Source: Minisyncoccota bacterium
GTDB lineage: Bacteria; Patescibacteriota; Minisyncoccia; Phycocordibacterales; CAIZLB01
Length of the DNA stretch: 64,000 nt
Direction of reading: 5' to 3'
NCBI GenBank assembly: GCA_036405975.1
Contig: DASWWM010000013.1
Coordinates: 40,649 to 104,648 of the forward strand
Below, one piece after another: positions 19,940 to 29,900 of the stretch. Under the pieces are notes generated by a model. It was not told where the DNA came from. It worked only from the letters and a program-made list of their open reading frames with translations, and made no database searches. Every line of letters begins with the position of its first letter. The first letter of the stretch is position 1. Position numbers and translations under genes: made by a program.

Positions 19940-21814
19940 CTATACGCCTCCGCCTGCACCACCTCCACCTCCGCCGCCACCTGACGTCATTCCGGTGCCG
20001 ACTCCTCGAATGGTATCGATGGTGTACTGTGCCGTTCCTTCAGTCGTACATGACGTACCGCTGATGACTTGGCACTGGCTTCCGCTCTGCGTCGTGCCTC
20101 CGATCACATTGATGCCCGACTGGAAGATGTTGTAGTTCGCGTGGAGCGTTGACTGGCCGTATTGGAACATCACCTGCATCGTCTGGTTCGTGGCAATGTC
20201 CTGGATTCCCAGAAGGATTGATCCGCTGCAGGTACAATATGTGACTTGGGTGATCTGGCCGCCAAAGTGGCTCGAGGCTCCGCTTCCTGTCGTTCCTCCG
20301 CCTGCACCACCTCCACCTCCGCCGCCAGAGCCACCACCGCCCCCTCCAAGAGCGCCACCGCCTCCTCCGAGCATGCTTGTAGGTCCGCCCATGCCGGTAA
20401 GCTGTTCAGAAATGGATTCGCTGCTGACGTAATCATCCGTAAGGAGCTTTACAATAGGGTTAAGCCGCCGTTTGAGATCGAGGATGGGGTCTGCCATGGG
20501 CTTGTCGTCCTCTTCAGTTCCGCTGCCGCTTGAGCTTCCTCCCGAGCTTCCGCCAGATGTTGTCGACTGTCGCTGGGTACTTGTCGAAGTGGTTGCAGCA
20601 ATGTATGCGTCGGGGTTGAGGAATCTGTTGATCCGGTCAGGGTCCTGGTTTACGAGAGGAGAAGCCGCATTCGGCAAATTGATTACATGCGTCAGCTGAT
20701 CCGTGCTCGTTCCGACATTGTTCCTGACCTTAATGAGCAGGTTAATGGCCATGCCCTTGTACTGGTTGAAGGCCCTCATATAGCTCGGAAGCGATCCCGG
20801 GATGAATCTGAGCGTCTCTCCGTCCGGAGAAGGCAGGTCATACAGCGTCCCGAGATTCGTGATTATGTTGTTTCCGAATAAGCTGAAATTCTTTCCTGTC
20901 AGAGTTATGGGGTCATTCATGTATATGGAGCTGGTCGGGTACACTTTCGAAAGTGTTGGAACCGGATTTGTCAGCGTAGCGCCTACAATGGTCCTGTCGA
21001 TCGTGAGGACATTCGTGCCTGATGTGACCATGCCATATGCGCTTGAGACGGCGAGGTGGTAATAGCCGTTTGGAAGCACTGGCGGAACAGTAAGCTGGAT
21101 CTCATTTCGGTTTGCATTTGCCTTTAGGCCGGTGACGGGGAATTGTCCAAAATACACCGTATTCGAAGTCGGATGGAATCCTCGGCCATAGATGCTTATA
21201 GTCTGTCCCGGAACGGCTTTGTACACGGAGAACCCTACTATGCCAGTCTCGCTTGATCCCACGGTTGCGAGCTGGGCGGGCGTCAGGGTGAAGATCTTGT
21301 CGCCATTGTCAGTGACGATCGAGTACAGGAGGGACGGATCGATGGTGTTGTATGTCTGATTCGGGAACTGGTAGATCGGGTCATTGACGTTCTGTGCCGT
21401 CCCTGTCTGTTGGTTTCCTGGGGTTCCTGAAGGCGTGCCTCCTGCCGCAGAAATGAGCGCATTGAGCTTGGTTCTTGTGAACGAGCCCACATTGCCCGTA
21501 GGCTGTGTCAGGCCTGCAGGAGCCAGCACTTCGGCCGAATAGAGGGTCTGGAAGCGCATCACGGCATCCCTGGTCTTCTGTCCAAAGTACGATGTCAGGT
21601 TTGAGTTCGACCCTGCTCCTGTTGCTGCTACCTGCGTCTGCGGGTGAGAGTTCAGGATCGTCTGGAGGTACTTCACGTCCGGGTCAACCGTCCTTCCGAA
21701 TGTCAGATTCTGATTGAATCTGAAGCTTGTCGGAACGGTTTGTGCGATGAGCACTGCAGGTGATATCAGGGCGACTGCAAGCGTCGCAGCCAGTAATTTT
21801 GATGCGTAATTCAT
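19940..21814 (-). CDS. Secreted protein: peptidoglycan-binding domain, two IPT/TIG-like domains, poly-Gly linker, Cys-containing C-terminal domain
   Basis: Signal peptide; DVKYLQTILN...YFGQKTRDAVMRFQ; PGQTISIYGRGF and ITLTGKNF IPT motifs; YCTCSG; start ATG 21814. Confidence 0.8.
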   Translation of the reverse strand: MNYASKLLAATLAVALISPAVLIAQTVPTSFRFNQNLTFGRTVDPDVKYLQTILNSHPQTQVAATGAGSNSNLTSYFGQKTRDAVMRFQTLYSAEVLAPAGLTQPTGNVGSFTRTKLNALISAAGGTPSGTPGNQQTGTAQNVNDPIYQFPNQTYNTIDPSLLYSIVTDNGDKIFTLTPAQLATVGSSETGIVGFSVYKAVPGQTISIYGRGFHPTSNTVYFGQFPVTGLKANANRNEIQLTVPPVLPNGYYHLAVSSAYGMVTSGTNVLTIDRTIVGATLTNPVPTLSKVYPTSSIYMNDPITLTGKNFSLFGNNIITNLGTLYDLPSPDGETLRFIPGSLPSYMRAFNQYKGMAINLLIKVRNNVGTSTDQLTHVINLPNAASPLVNQDPDRINRFLNPDAYIAATTSTSTQRQSTTSGGSSGGSSSGSGTEEDDKPMADPILDLKRRLNPIVKLLTDDYVSSESISEQLTGMGGPTSMLGGGGGALGGGGGGSGGGGGGGAGGGTTGSGASSHFGGQITQVTYCTCSGSILLGIQDIATNQTMQVMFQYGQSTLHANYNIFQSGINVIGGTTQSGSQCQVISGTSCTTEGTAQYTIDTIRGVGTGMTSGGGGGGGGAGGGV

Positions 21815-21891
21815 AGAAAAAAGTATAGCATATGAGGCCATACTTTTTTCTGACTATCTTCATATTTTCAGCCGCAGATGCAGCCTTTCTC

Positions 21892-22638
21892 TTACCGGCG
21901 TGTCGTCGTCGCTGCGGTCGCAGTGGCCTTCTCAGTTTCAAGCCGTTCTGCCGCTGCCTTCGCTCGGTCTTCGTCTATCTTTTTGATCTCTGGAATCATC
22001 TCTCTGACTTCTTCAATCGTCTTGAATCCTACGAATGCCTCGTCGTTGTATACGAGAGCCGGAAGCTCGGTCGGCTTGATGCCGTAGATCGACTTGAGCG
22101 TCTCAAGGGCACTGAGCTCGAGGTTCGTATCGAATGAGTAGATCCGCAGTTCCGGATATTGCTGTCGGAGATATGTGAGGACATATGACATCTTTTCGCA
22201 TTCAGAACAGTCGCTTTTGTTTCCGTAGAAATACAGAATCGAGATGGGTTTCGTGCCCGTGCACTTCTGGCCAAGCTGCTGCATGAGGATCGAGTCCTTG
22301 ATCTGGAGGAGCGAGTAGTACTTCTTTACATATGTGAGCTCCTCGAGGTTGTTGGCGCTATTGTTCGACTCAAGGTACGAGAGCTTCGTCGCAAGGGAAT
22401 TGAGTTCCTGCGAAAGGATCGAATCGCTCAGGTTCCTGCATGATGTTTCCTTGAGAAGGCTGAACTGCGTCTCTGAAGAGAGGAGGTCGAGTGAAATCTG
22501 ATCCTGGACCGACTTCACGTCGGCGATCCTCCTGCTGTCGAGCATGCTGTTCACATAGAGCATCGATCCGAAGATGATAGCCGTGATCAGGAAGGTCAGT
22601 AGGTACTTGCTCTTGTCCAATGTTTTTCTAGTGTTCAT
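21892..22638 (-). CDS. Membrane-anchored protein with thioredoxin-like CxxC domain
   Basis: N-terminal TM; ILYFYG..SDCSEC; ELRIYSFD; P.LVYN cis-Pro-like motif. Confidence 0.7.
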   Translation of the reverse strand: MNTRKTLDKSKYLLTFLITAIIFGSMLYVNSMLDSRRIADVKSVQDQISLDLLSSETQFSLLKETSCRNLSDSILSQELNSLATKLSYLESNNSANNLEELTYVKKYYSLLQIKDSILMQQLGQKCTGTKPISILYFYGNKSDCSECEKMSYVLTYLRQQYPELRIYSFDTNLELSALETLKSIYGIKPTELPALVYNDEAFVGFKTIEEVREMIPEIKKIDEDRAKAAAERLETEKATATAATTTRR

Positions 22639-22678
22639 GTTTTTGTATTTATTAAATGCGATTCGATTCTTCTGATAA

Positions 22679-23923
22679 TTACCTCCAGGCAGCATCCCTG
22701 TTCCTGATCGTATTATATACGGATGTGATCAGCCAGAGTGGGGAAATCAGGCTGTACAGGAGGAGGAAATAGACGATGTCCAGTATTCCGCTTTCCTTGA
22801 TTCCCGCTATCCGCTTTCCGTACCAGATGGCGAAGACGATAGTGCCGACTGCCAGCACGCCCAGGAAGAGCGATGACTGGATATTGTAGAGTACCCATTC
22901 GCTGGTAAATGACGGGAAACCTGCTGTCCAGTCGAATCCTACCACCCGAGCCTTTTCTATAGAGCTGGCTGCATTCTTTACAAAGCCGTACGCGTTCATG
23001 GCAAGGAAGATGAGTGATCCGATAATGCTGTACATGGCAAGGGGAAGCACAAGAAGGCCCAGGTTTCCGTACTTCGGATTAAGGATCATCTTTCGGTAGT
23101 CGATCGTATTCTGGATGAATCCTCCAGTCCATCGAACACGCTGCTTATACAGCTTATAGAGCGTTCGGGGGGCAACTGTATGCACGAGCGCCTTATGGGC
23201 ATTCTTGATCTTGTAGTTATGATCTTGAAGTCGGAGTGCCATTTCAAGGTCCTCTGTATTGTGGGCATGCCGGTACGGTCCAACCTTGGCGAAGACTTCC
23301 TTTTTGAAAATAGAGAATGGTCCTGGCGTCACGTACTGCGCATCAAGCATTCCGAGAACTTTCCGGGTGAAGATTCCGAGGTGATATTCGGCGTTCTGGA
23401 TCATGCCGAGCACGGAGTCCGAGTTCTTGATCTTGAGGGACGGAGTGACGGCCATGACGCCCTCTTCCTCGAAGTAGGGAAGAATATGGTTGAGGGCGTC
23501 GGGGTCGACGAATGAGTCGGCGTCAAGGCATCCAACGTACTCGCTTGTCGAATGCTCGATCGCATAGTTGAGGGCCGTGTACTTTCCGCCGTTCTCCTTC
23601 CGGTGAAGAAGGACTCGGGAGTTGTCCTTGAACTGCTGGACGATCTCCCATGTATTGTCCTTCGAACCGTCGTCAACGACCATGACTGAGAGCTTGTCCT
23701 GGGGGTAGTTCATGGCAAGAAGTGAAAGGACGGTTTTCGCAACGGTCTTCTCCTCATTGAAGATGGGGACAATGATGGTGACCGTCGGGTAGTCTTTGAG
23801 GGTCCGTTCTTCCTCAATGTCCATTTCTGACCGGTTCTCCAGAAGGGTCAAGATTAAAAAGACCTGGAAGTAGAGGACCAGGAACATGAAGGTATAGAGG
23901 AATCCCGTTAGAAATATATCCAT
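22679..23923 (-). CDS. Processive GT2 glycosyltransferase (PgaC/IcaA/cellulose-synthase-like)
   Basis: VPIFNEE, DDGS, GGK..ALN, DAD, TED, QRVRW motifs plus TM helices; start ATG 23923. Confidence 0.92.
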   Translation of the reverse strand: MDIFLTGFLYTFMFLVLYFQVFLILTLLENRSEMDIEEERTLKDYPTVTIIVPIFNEEKTVAKTVLSLLAMNYPQDKLSVMVVDDGSKDNTWEIVQQFKDNSRVLLHRKENGGKYTALNYAIEHSTSEYVGCLDADSFVDPDALNHILPYFEEEGVMAVTPSLKIKNSDSVLGMIQNAEYHLGIFTRKVLGMLDAQYVTPGPFSIFKKEVFAKVGPYRHAHNTEDLEMALRLQDHNYKIKNAHKALVHTVAPRTLYKLYKQRVRWTGGFIQNTIDYRKMILNPKYGNLGLLVLPLAMYSIIGSLIFLAMNAYGFVKNAASSIEKARVVGFDWTAGFPSFTSEWVLYNIQSSLFLGVLAVGTIVFAIWYGKRIAGIKESGILDIVYFLLLYSLISPLWLITSVYNTIRNRDAAWR

Positions 23924-24086
23924 GGATTGTGATGTTGGGCGTGGCACGGGCGGTAGGCCCTGGGCGAGCCCTGGAGAAAGGGTTGCCCCTTGGCCTGGCT
24001 GCTGTTCTATAGAATATACAATATTTTGGGTTTTTTTCAAGCATTTCGCCTCTTAAATTCATATGGCTTTCTGCTATACTGTCCCC

Positions 24087-24806
24087 ATGAATACTTCCGA
24101 AACAGGCCAGCCGAAAGGGCATTTGCACCCTATTTCCCAGGTGATAAACGAGATAAACCGCATCTTCTCAGAGATGGGTTTCGAGGTTGCTGAGGGTCCT
24201 GAGATCGAAACCGAGTTCTATAACTTCGACGCGCTCGGTACGGCCAAGAATCATCCGTCTCGGGACATGCAGGACACCTTCTGGCTTAAGGCGGCCGGTG
24301 CCAATGGCGAGAAGCTCCTTCCTCGAACTCACACTTCGGGCGTGCAGGTCCGGTTCTCAGAAACTCATAAGCCTCCGTTCAGGATAATTGCCCCTGGAAA
24401 GGTATTTCGAAATGAGGCAACGGACGCTACTCATGAAGCCGACTTCTATCAGGTCGAAGGAATGGTCGTCGCGGAAAAAGTATCGATGGCCGACCTTAAG
24501 GGGACGCTTCAGCGTTTCGCTCGGGAGTTCTTCGGTGCAGATACTGAAATCCGTTTCCGACCGAGCTATTTCCCATTCGTCGAGCCGGGCATCGAAGTCG
24601 ATGTGAAGTTCAAAGGAAAGTGGCTTGAGGTTCTCGGCGCCGGCCTCACTCATCCGAACGTATTGAAGGCCGGCGGCCTCGATCCGGAAGTATGGCAAGG
24701 CTTCGCATTCGGAATGGGCCTCGACCGTCTCGTCATGCTCAAGTACGGCATTACCGATATCAGAAACCTTTACTCAGGAGACCTTAGATTCGTAAACCAA
24801 TTTTAA
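24087..24806 (+). CDS. pheS: Phenylalanine-tRNA ligase alpha subunit (lacks N-terminal coiled coil)
   Basis: GHLHP, NFDAL, HPSRDMQDTF, RPSYFPFVEP, GFAFGMGLDR. Confidence 0.96.
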   Translation: MNTSETGQPKGHLHPISQVINEINRIFSEMGFEVAEGPEIETEFYNFDALGTAKNHPSRDMQDTFWLKAAGANGEKLLPRTHTSGVQVRFSETHKPPFRIIAPGKVFRNEATDATHEADFYQVEGMVVAEKVSMADLKGTLQRFAREFFGADTEIRFRPSYFPFVEPGIEVDVKFKGKWLEVLGAGLTHPNVLKAGGLDPEVWQGFAFGMGLDRLVMLKYGITDIRNLYSGDLRFVNQF

Positions 24807-24809
24807 ATC

Positions 24810-26879
24810 ATGCTCGTATCCTATAACTGGCTTCAGAAATATTTCAAAGAACCGCTTCCTGAACCGGAAGCCCTTGCTGACATCATCACGATGGGCGTTT
24901 TCGAAGTTGAATCAGTCGAGAAGAAGAATGCTATTGTCGAAGGTAAAAATGAAGATACGGTCATTGACGTAAAGGTTCTTCCTGACCGAAATCCATACTG
25001 CTTGTCGCATCGCTACGTTGCACAAGAGATCGCGGCTCTTCTTGATACTGAAATCGATCTTCCTGATATCGAGCATGTTCCTGTTCAGGAAACCGGACGC
25101 ATTCTCGACGTACAGGTCGGCCCTGATGTTCAGGCGAAGAATCTGTGCAAGCGATACGTTGGACGGGTTATTGAAGGTGTAACGGTTACTGATTCTCCAC
25201 TCTGGCTCAAGTCTCAGCTTGAAGTTCTTGGCCAGCGGTCCATCAATTCGGTAGTAGACCTTACAAACTATGTGATGCTGGAAACAGGGCAGCCGCTCCA
25301 TGCATTCGATGCCGATTTGGTTGAGGGTGCAGTCACGGTCAGATTCGCTGCGGAAGGGGAGAAGATCGTCATTCTTGATGGAACAGAGGTGAGCCTTACG
25401 GCTCAGGATATGGTCATTGCGGACGGTCTCGGCCCTCTTGCCATTGCAGGAGTCAAAGGCGGAAAGAGGGCCGAGGTTACAAAAGCCACTACGAACATCA
25501 TCCTTGAGGCTGCATGCTTCGACGGCTCATCGGTCCGAAAGACATCGCAGCGAACGGGTATCCGAAACGATTCGTCAAAGCGATTCGAAAACTCCATTAC
25601 TTCAGAGCGAGCAGGACTCGGCATGGCTTCGGTTACGTCTCAGATATTCCAGCTCAATCCGAACGCAGTAGTCGGTGCCGCAGTCGATGTGCACCTTGTG
25701 CCTGATACTGATACCATTCTTCATGCGAGCATTTCAAGAATAAATCAGCGACTCGGTCTCGATATTCCGAAAGATGCTATTTCTCATATCCTTACGCGAT
25801 GCGGTCTCACTGTTTCGTACCATGAGGAAGACGAAGATGCGCTTCTTCTCTCTGTGCCTCCATATCGGTCTGATATCAGGATTCTCGAAGATGTCGCTGA
25901 CGAAGTCGGACGAATCTACGGCTACAATAAAGTTATTGGCGTCGAGCTTGCGGCGGGCGAGGGAAGGAGTATCAATGCCAATTTTTACAATCACAATCTG
26001 ATCAGGAAGACGCTTCAGGAAAAAGGCTTCTCCGAAATCTGCACGTATACGCTCATGGATGTCGGAAGCGTTGCCATCCTGAATCCGCTCACTATCGAGA
26101 AAGGATTCATGCGAGAAGGGCTTTCGGATACGATGGCAAAAAAGCTTCTTACCAATCTGAAGAATGCGGACTTGCTCGGCCTTAAGGAAATCAAGCTCTT
26201 CGAAATTGGAAAGATTTTCAGCATGGCTGATGGTTTACCGGCTTCAGGCAATGACGCTTCCGCCGCACAGGCACCGATCAATGAGCGATATTCGCTTGCG
26301 GTTGGAATCGCCCGATCAAAGAATCCTAAGGGCAATGATGCTGAGGCGGAGATAAAGTCGGTTGTCTCATCTGTGCTTCAGACGCTCGGTGTTGCTCCAG
26401 AAGAGGCGGCACGCGCATCAGCATCTGCACGAGTCCGAACAGCTGAAGGCGATGCCCAGACTCCATGCGCCGGCATCGTCGCCGAGATCGATCTCGATGA
26501 CATCATCAAGGCTCTTCCAGAGCCTAAGTCTGACATCGAGATGCCCGCACTCTCGGATGCCTCATTCAAGATTATTTCAACGTATCCTTTCTCCGCGCGA
26601 GATGTTGCCGTGTTTGTGCCCGGGGAAGAAGGCTCCGCGACAGATGTCATAAACGTAATCGTAAATGCGCTGAATGAGGACCAGAGAAAACTTCTTGCGA
26701 ATGCGACGCTTTTTGATACGTTCACAAAGAGAAAAGAGGATGAGCCTGTAAAAACTTCATATGCATACCGACTCGTATTTCAGTCTGACTCTCGGACCCT
26801 TACTGAGGATGAGGTGGTCGCGGCCATGAAGGCCATTACAGACGCTCTTGCTGCACAAGTCGGTTGGGAAGTGAGGTAA
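24810..26879 (+). CDS. pheT: Phenylalanine-tRNA ligase beta subunit (no B2 OB domain)
   Basis: MLVSYNWL, VDLTNYVMLETGQPLHAFD, VPPYRSDI, EVGRIYGY, C-terminal FDX-ACB (YP...RDVA...RTLT). Confidence 0.95.
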   Translation: MLVSYNWLQKYFKEPLPEPEALADIITMGVFEVESVEKKNAIVEGKNEDTVIDVKVLPDRNPYCLSHRYVAQEIAALLDTEIDLPDIEHVPVQETGRILDVQVGPDVQAKNLCKRYVGRVIEGVTVTDSPLWLKSQLEVLGQRSINSVVDLTNYVMLETGQPLHAFDADLVEGAVTVRFAAEGEKIVILDGTEVSLTAQDMVIADGLGPLAIAGVKGGKRAEVTKATTNIILEAACFDGSSVRKTSQRTGIRNDSSKRFENSITSERAGLGMASVTSQIFQLNPNAVVGAAVDVHLVPDTDTILHASISRINQRLGLDIPKDAISHILTRCGLTVSYHEEDEDALLLSVPPYRSDIRILEDVADEVGRIYGYNKVIGVELAAGEGRSINANFYNHNLIRKTLQEKGFSEICTYTLMDVGSVAILNPLTIEKGFMREGLSDTMAKKLLTNLKNADLLGLKEIKLFEIGKIFSMADGLPASGNDASAAQAPINERYSLAVGIARSKNPKGNDAEAEIKSVVSSVLQTLGVAPEEAARASASARVRTAEGDAQTPCAGIVAEIDLDDIIKALPEPKSDIEMPALSDASFKIISTYPFSARDVAVFVPGEEGSATDVINVIVNALNEDQRKLLANATLFDTFTKRKEDEPVKTSYAYRLVFQSDSRTLTEDEVVAAMKAITDALAAQVGWEVR

Positions 26880-26960
26880 ATTTCACAATCTCGATTTCGA
26901 AATTGAGGATTAATGAGGTAATATAAAGGTATGTTGTTCTCGGAGGACGAGGTATTTTTT

Positions 26961-29900
26961 ATGCACCCAAAAAAGCGCAAGCCGAATCTGGCCAAAAGGA
27001 TCGCATCTGCGGTCTTGATTGTTGCACTGGCTCTGCCTGCATTGTTTGTAAGCCCTCAGGATGCGAAGGCTGCCGTGCTTGAAGGGTCGGCAAATGCCGC
27101 ATATACGCTTGCGATGGGCCGGGATAAGGGCTTTGACGGTGTCGTTTCCAAGGTGATCTCGCTGTCAGATGGCAGTTTCATCGCAGGGGGATCTTTTGCT
27201 GCATACAATGGCCAGACCGCTCGGAGGCTTGCGAAAATATCCGCTTCCGGCACGCTTGATACTGATTTCAATATAAATTTAGGGACCGGTTTGCCAACGT
27301 CAAATAACGTATCTGACATAGCATTGCAGCCGGACGGCAAGCTGGTCATCATAGGAGGCTTCACCACATTCAATGGCGTAACGACGAACAGGATCATGAG
27401 GCTGAATGCTGATGGAACGAGGGATGCCACATTCTCGATTGGCACGGGGTTGAATGAATTTCCAAGAGAGGTGTCCGTCAGGTCCGACGGAAAGATTGTC
27501 GTTGCGGGAGATTTCACTTCATATAATGGAACGAGCATAAATAGAATAGCTCTCCTGAACGCTGACGGGTCTCTCGATATGGCATTCAGGACCGCGCTTG
27601 GAACTGGTCCGAACGCGCTGCTTACTGCTGCGCATGTGCAGCCTGACCGAAAGATCGTAATAAGCGGAAATTTCACGTCAGTCGCCAGCACCTCTGTCAA
27701 TAGAATTGCCCGGCTTAACGAGGACGGAAGCATCGACTCGGCATTCGTCGCCAATGTCGGTGCCGGAATTCCCTCGAATGCCGGTGCCGTGATCACCCTC
27801 TCTGACGGTCGGATCTTGTTGGGAGGAAGCTTCACGACATTCAATGGGTCCAGTACCGCGAGAGCTGTCAGGCTGAATTCGGACGGCACGATAAATGCGC
27901 TCTTCGCTTCCGGCTTCAACGGTTCGGTGTATGACTTCTTGGAGCTTTCAAACGGGCAGGTGATGGCAGCCGGAGTATTCTCCACTTATAGGGGTGTAAC
28001 AAGAAGGGCGCTTGTGCTCATGAACGAAGACCTCACTGCCGATACTGCTTTTTCTGCAAATATCGGGAGCGGGTTTGTCGGTTCTGATTCTGTGAGCAGC
28101 GTGATTCGCCTGACGGACGGATCATTGGTATTCGCGGGAGGATTCAGCGAGGTATCTGCTCGGCAAATGGGAAACATTCTCAAGACTGATTCGGCCGGAG
28201 TAGTAGACAGGGATTTCGACCCGAACTTCGGATTCGGATTCAATGACCATGTCAGGTCCGCAATCCAGAGGCCGGATGGAAAAATCATATACATGGGAGC
28301 CTTTACTCGATTCTCAGACGAATCCACGAGGCTGAACTCTGCCGTAGAGATGCTCGCACAGTTCGATTCTGCAAATGTACTCGATACGTCATTCGATACG
28401 AATATCGGCACGGGGTTCGAAGGGTCATCGCCTCTCGGGGGTGCATTGCAGCCGGACGGCAAGCTGGTCATCATGGGAGGCTTCACCACATTCAATGGCG
28501 TAACGACGAACAGGATCATTCGCCTCAATGAAGACGGAACAAGGGACGGATCGTTCATCATCGGAACGGGCTTCAACGGCTCGGTTTCCGCCGTCGCTCT
28601 TCAGCCTGACGGAAAAATTATTGCGGGCGGAAATTTCACCACATACCAGGGATCGAGCACTGCCCGTATCGCTCGGTTGAACAGCGATGGCAGCATAGAC
28701 CAGACATTCAGGCAGAATGTCGGAACCGGCGCACCCGGAACGGTCAGCGCAATAGCCGTCCAGTCCGACGGAAAGATCGTGCTTGCCGGAACGTTCACCA
28801 CTTTCAACGGAGTTACTGTGAATAGGGTTGTCAGGCTTGAGTCTGACGGAACCGTCGATGCGACGTTTACCTCGAATGCCGGAACCGCTTTCAGCTCTGG
28901 CGGAGTGGCTGCTCTTGCCCTTCAGTCTGACGGAAAGATCCTTGCTGTCGGTAGTTTCACCTCATACAAAGGTACCTCGGTAGGAGGGGTGGTTCGGATA
29001 AACTCAGACGGAACTTCTGATGCGGACTTCAATCAGAACGTCGGTTCTGGCGCAACGGGCAGCGGTTCTGCAAGTACCGTGCTCGTTCAGCGTGACGGGA
29101 AAGTGGTCGTTGGCGGAGATTTCACGGTTTACAAGTCCGTGATCAGGAATAGGGTGGTGCGGTTGGAAGCAAATGGAACCGTAGATTCCACATTTTCGAC
29201 AAATAACGGCAGCGGTTTTAACTATGCTGCGTACTCGCTCACTCTCCTGAACGATAACAATATATTGGCTGGAGGGAATTTCACGAGATCGGCAGGTACG
29301 TATGCGAACCGCGCATCTCTTCTGTTGGGCCCCGAAATGCCACCGCCGGATGTCCCTCCGCCAACCGACCTGGATGTTTCTTCTGATACGGGAAGGTCGA
29401 GCGTGGACAATATAACTTCTGATACCACCCCGACATTCTCTGGAACGGCATCCACCTCGGCGTCTGTTTATTTGTACGGCGTCGCCACTACGACTGGACT
29501 GATCGGCACTGCCACTGCCGATGGTTCTGGAAATTACTCGGTGACATCCTCTCCTCTGGCCGATGGGACATATTCCATGGTTGTCGTGCAGGAACTATAT
29601 GGCGTGCGTTCCGCAACATCTTCGCCGATCAATGTAACCATTGACGCCACGGCCCCGTCGCTCTTCTCGCTGACTCCGTCAAATGGAGCGACGGGAGTGT
29701 CCGTATCTTCGTCCTTGCGAATCCGGTTGGATGAGAGCATCGCAACGACGTCTGGAACGGCCCGTCTGTACAGGGCTTCTGACGATTTCCTCGTCCAGTC
29801 AGCGTCCACTGCATCAAGCAGCGTATCCATTCAAAGCGGGCACAGTCTCGTATTCCAGCCTTCGCAGAATCTTTCGTATAACACTTCGTACTACGTGCTC

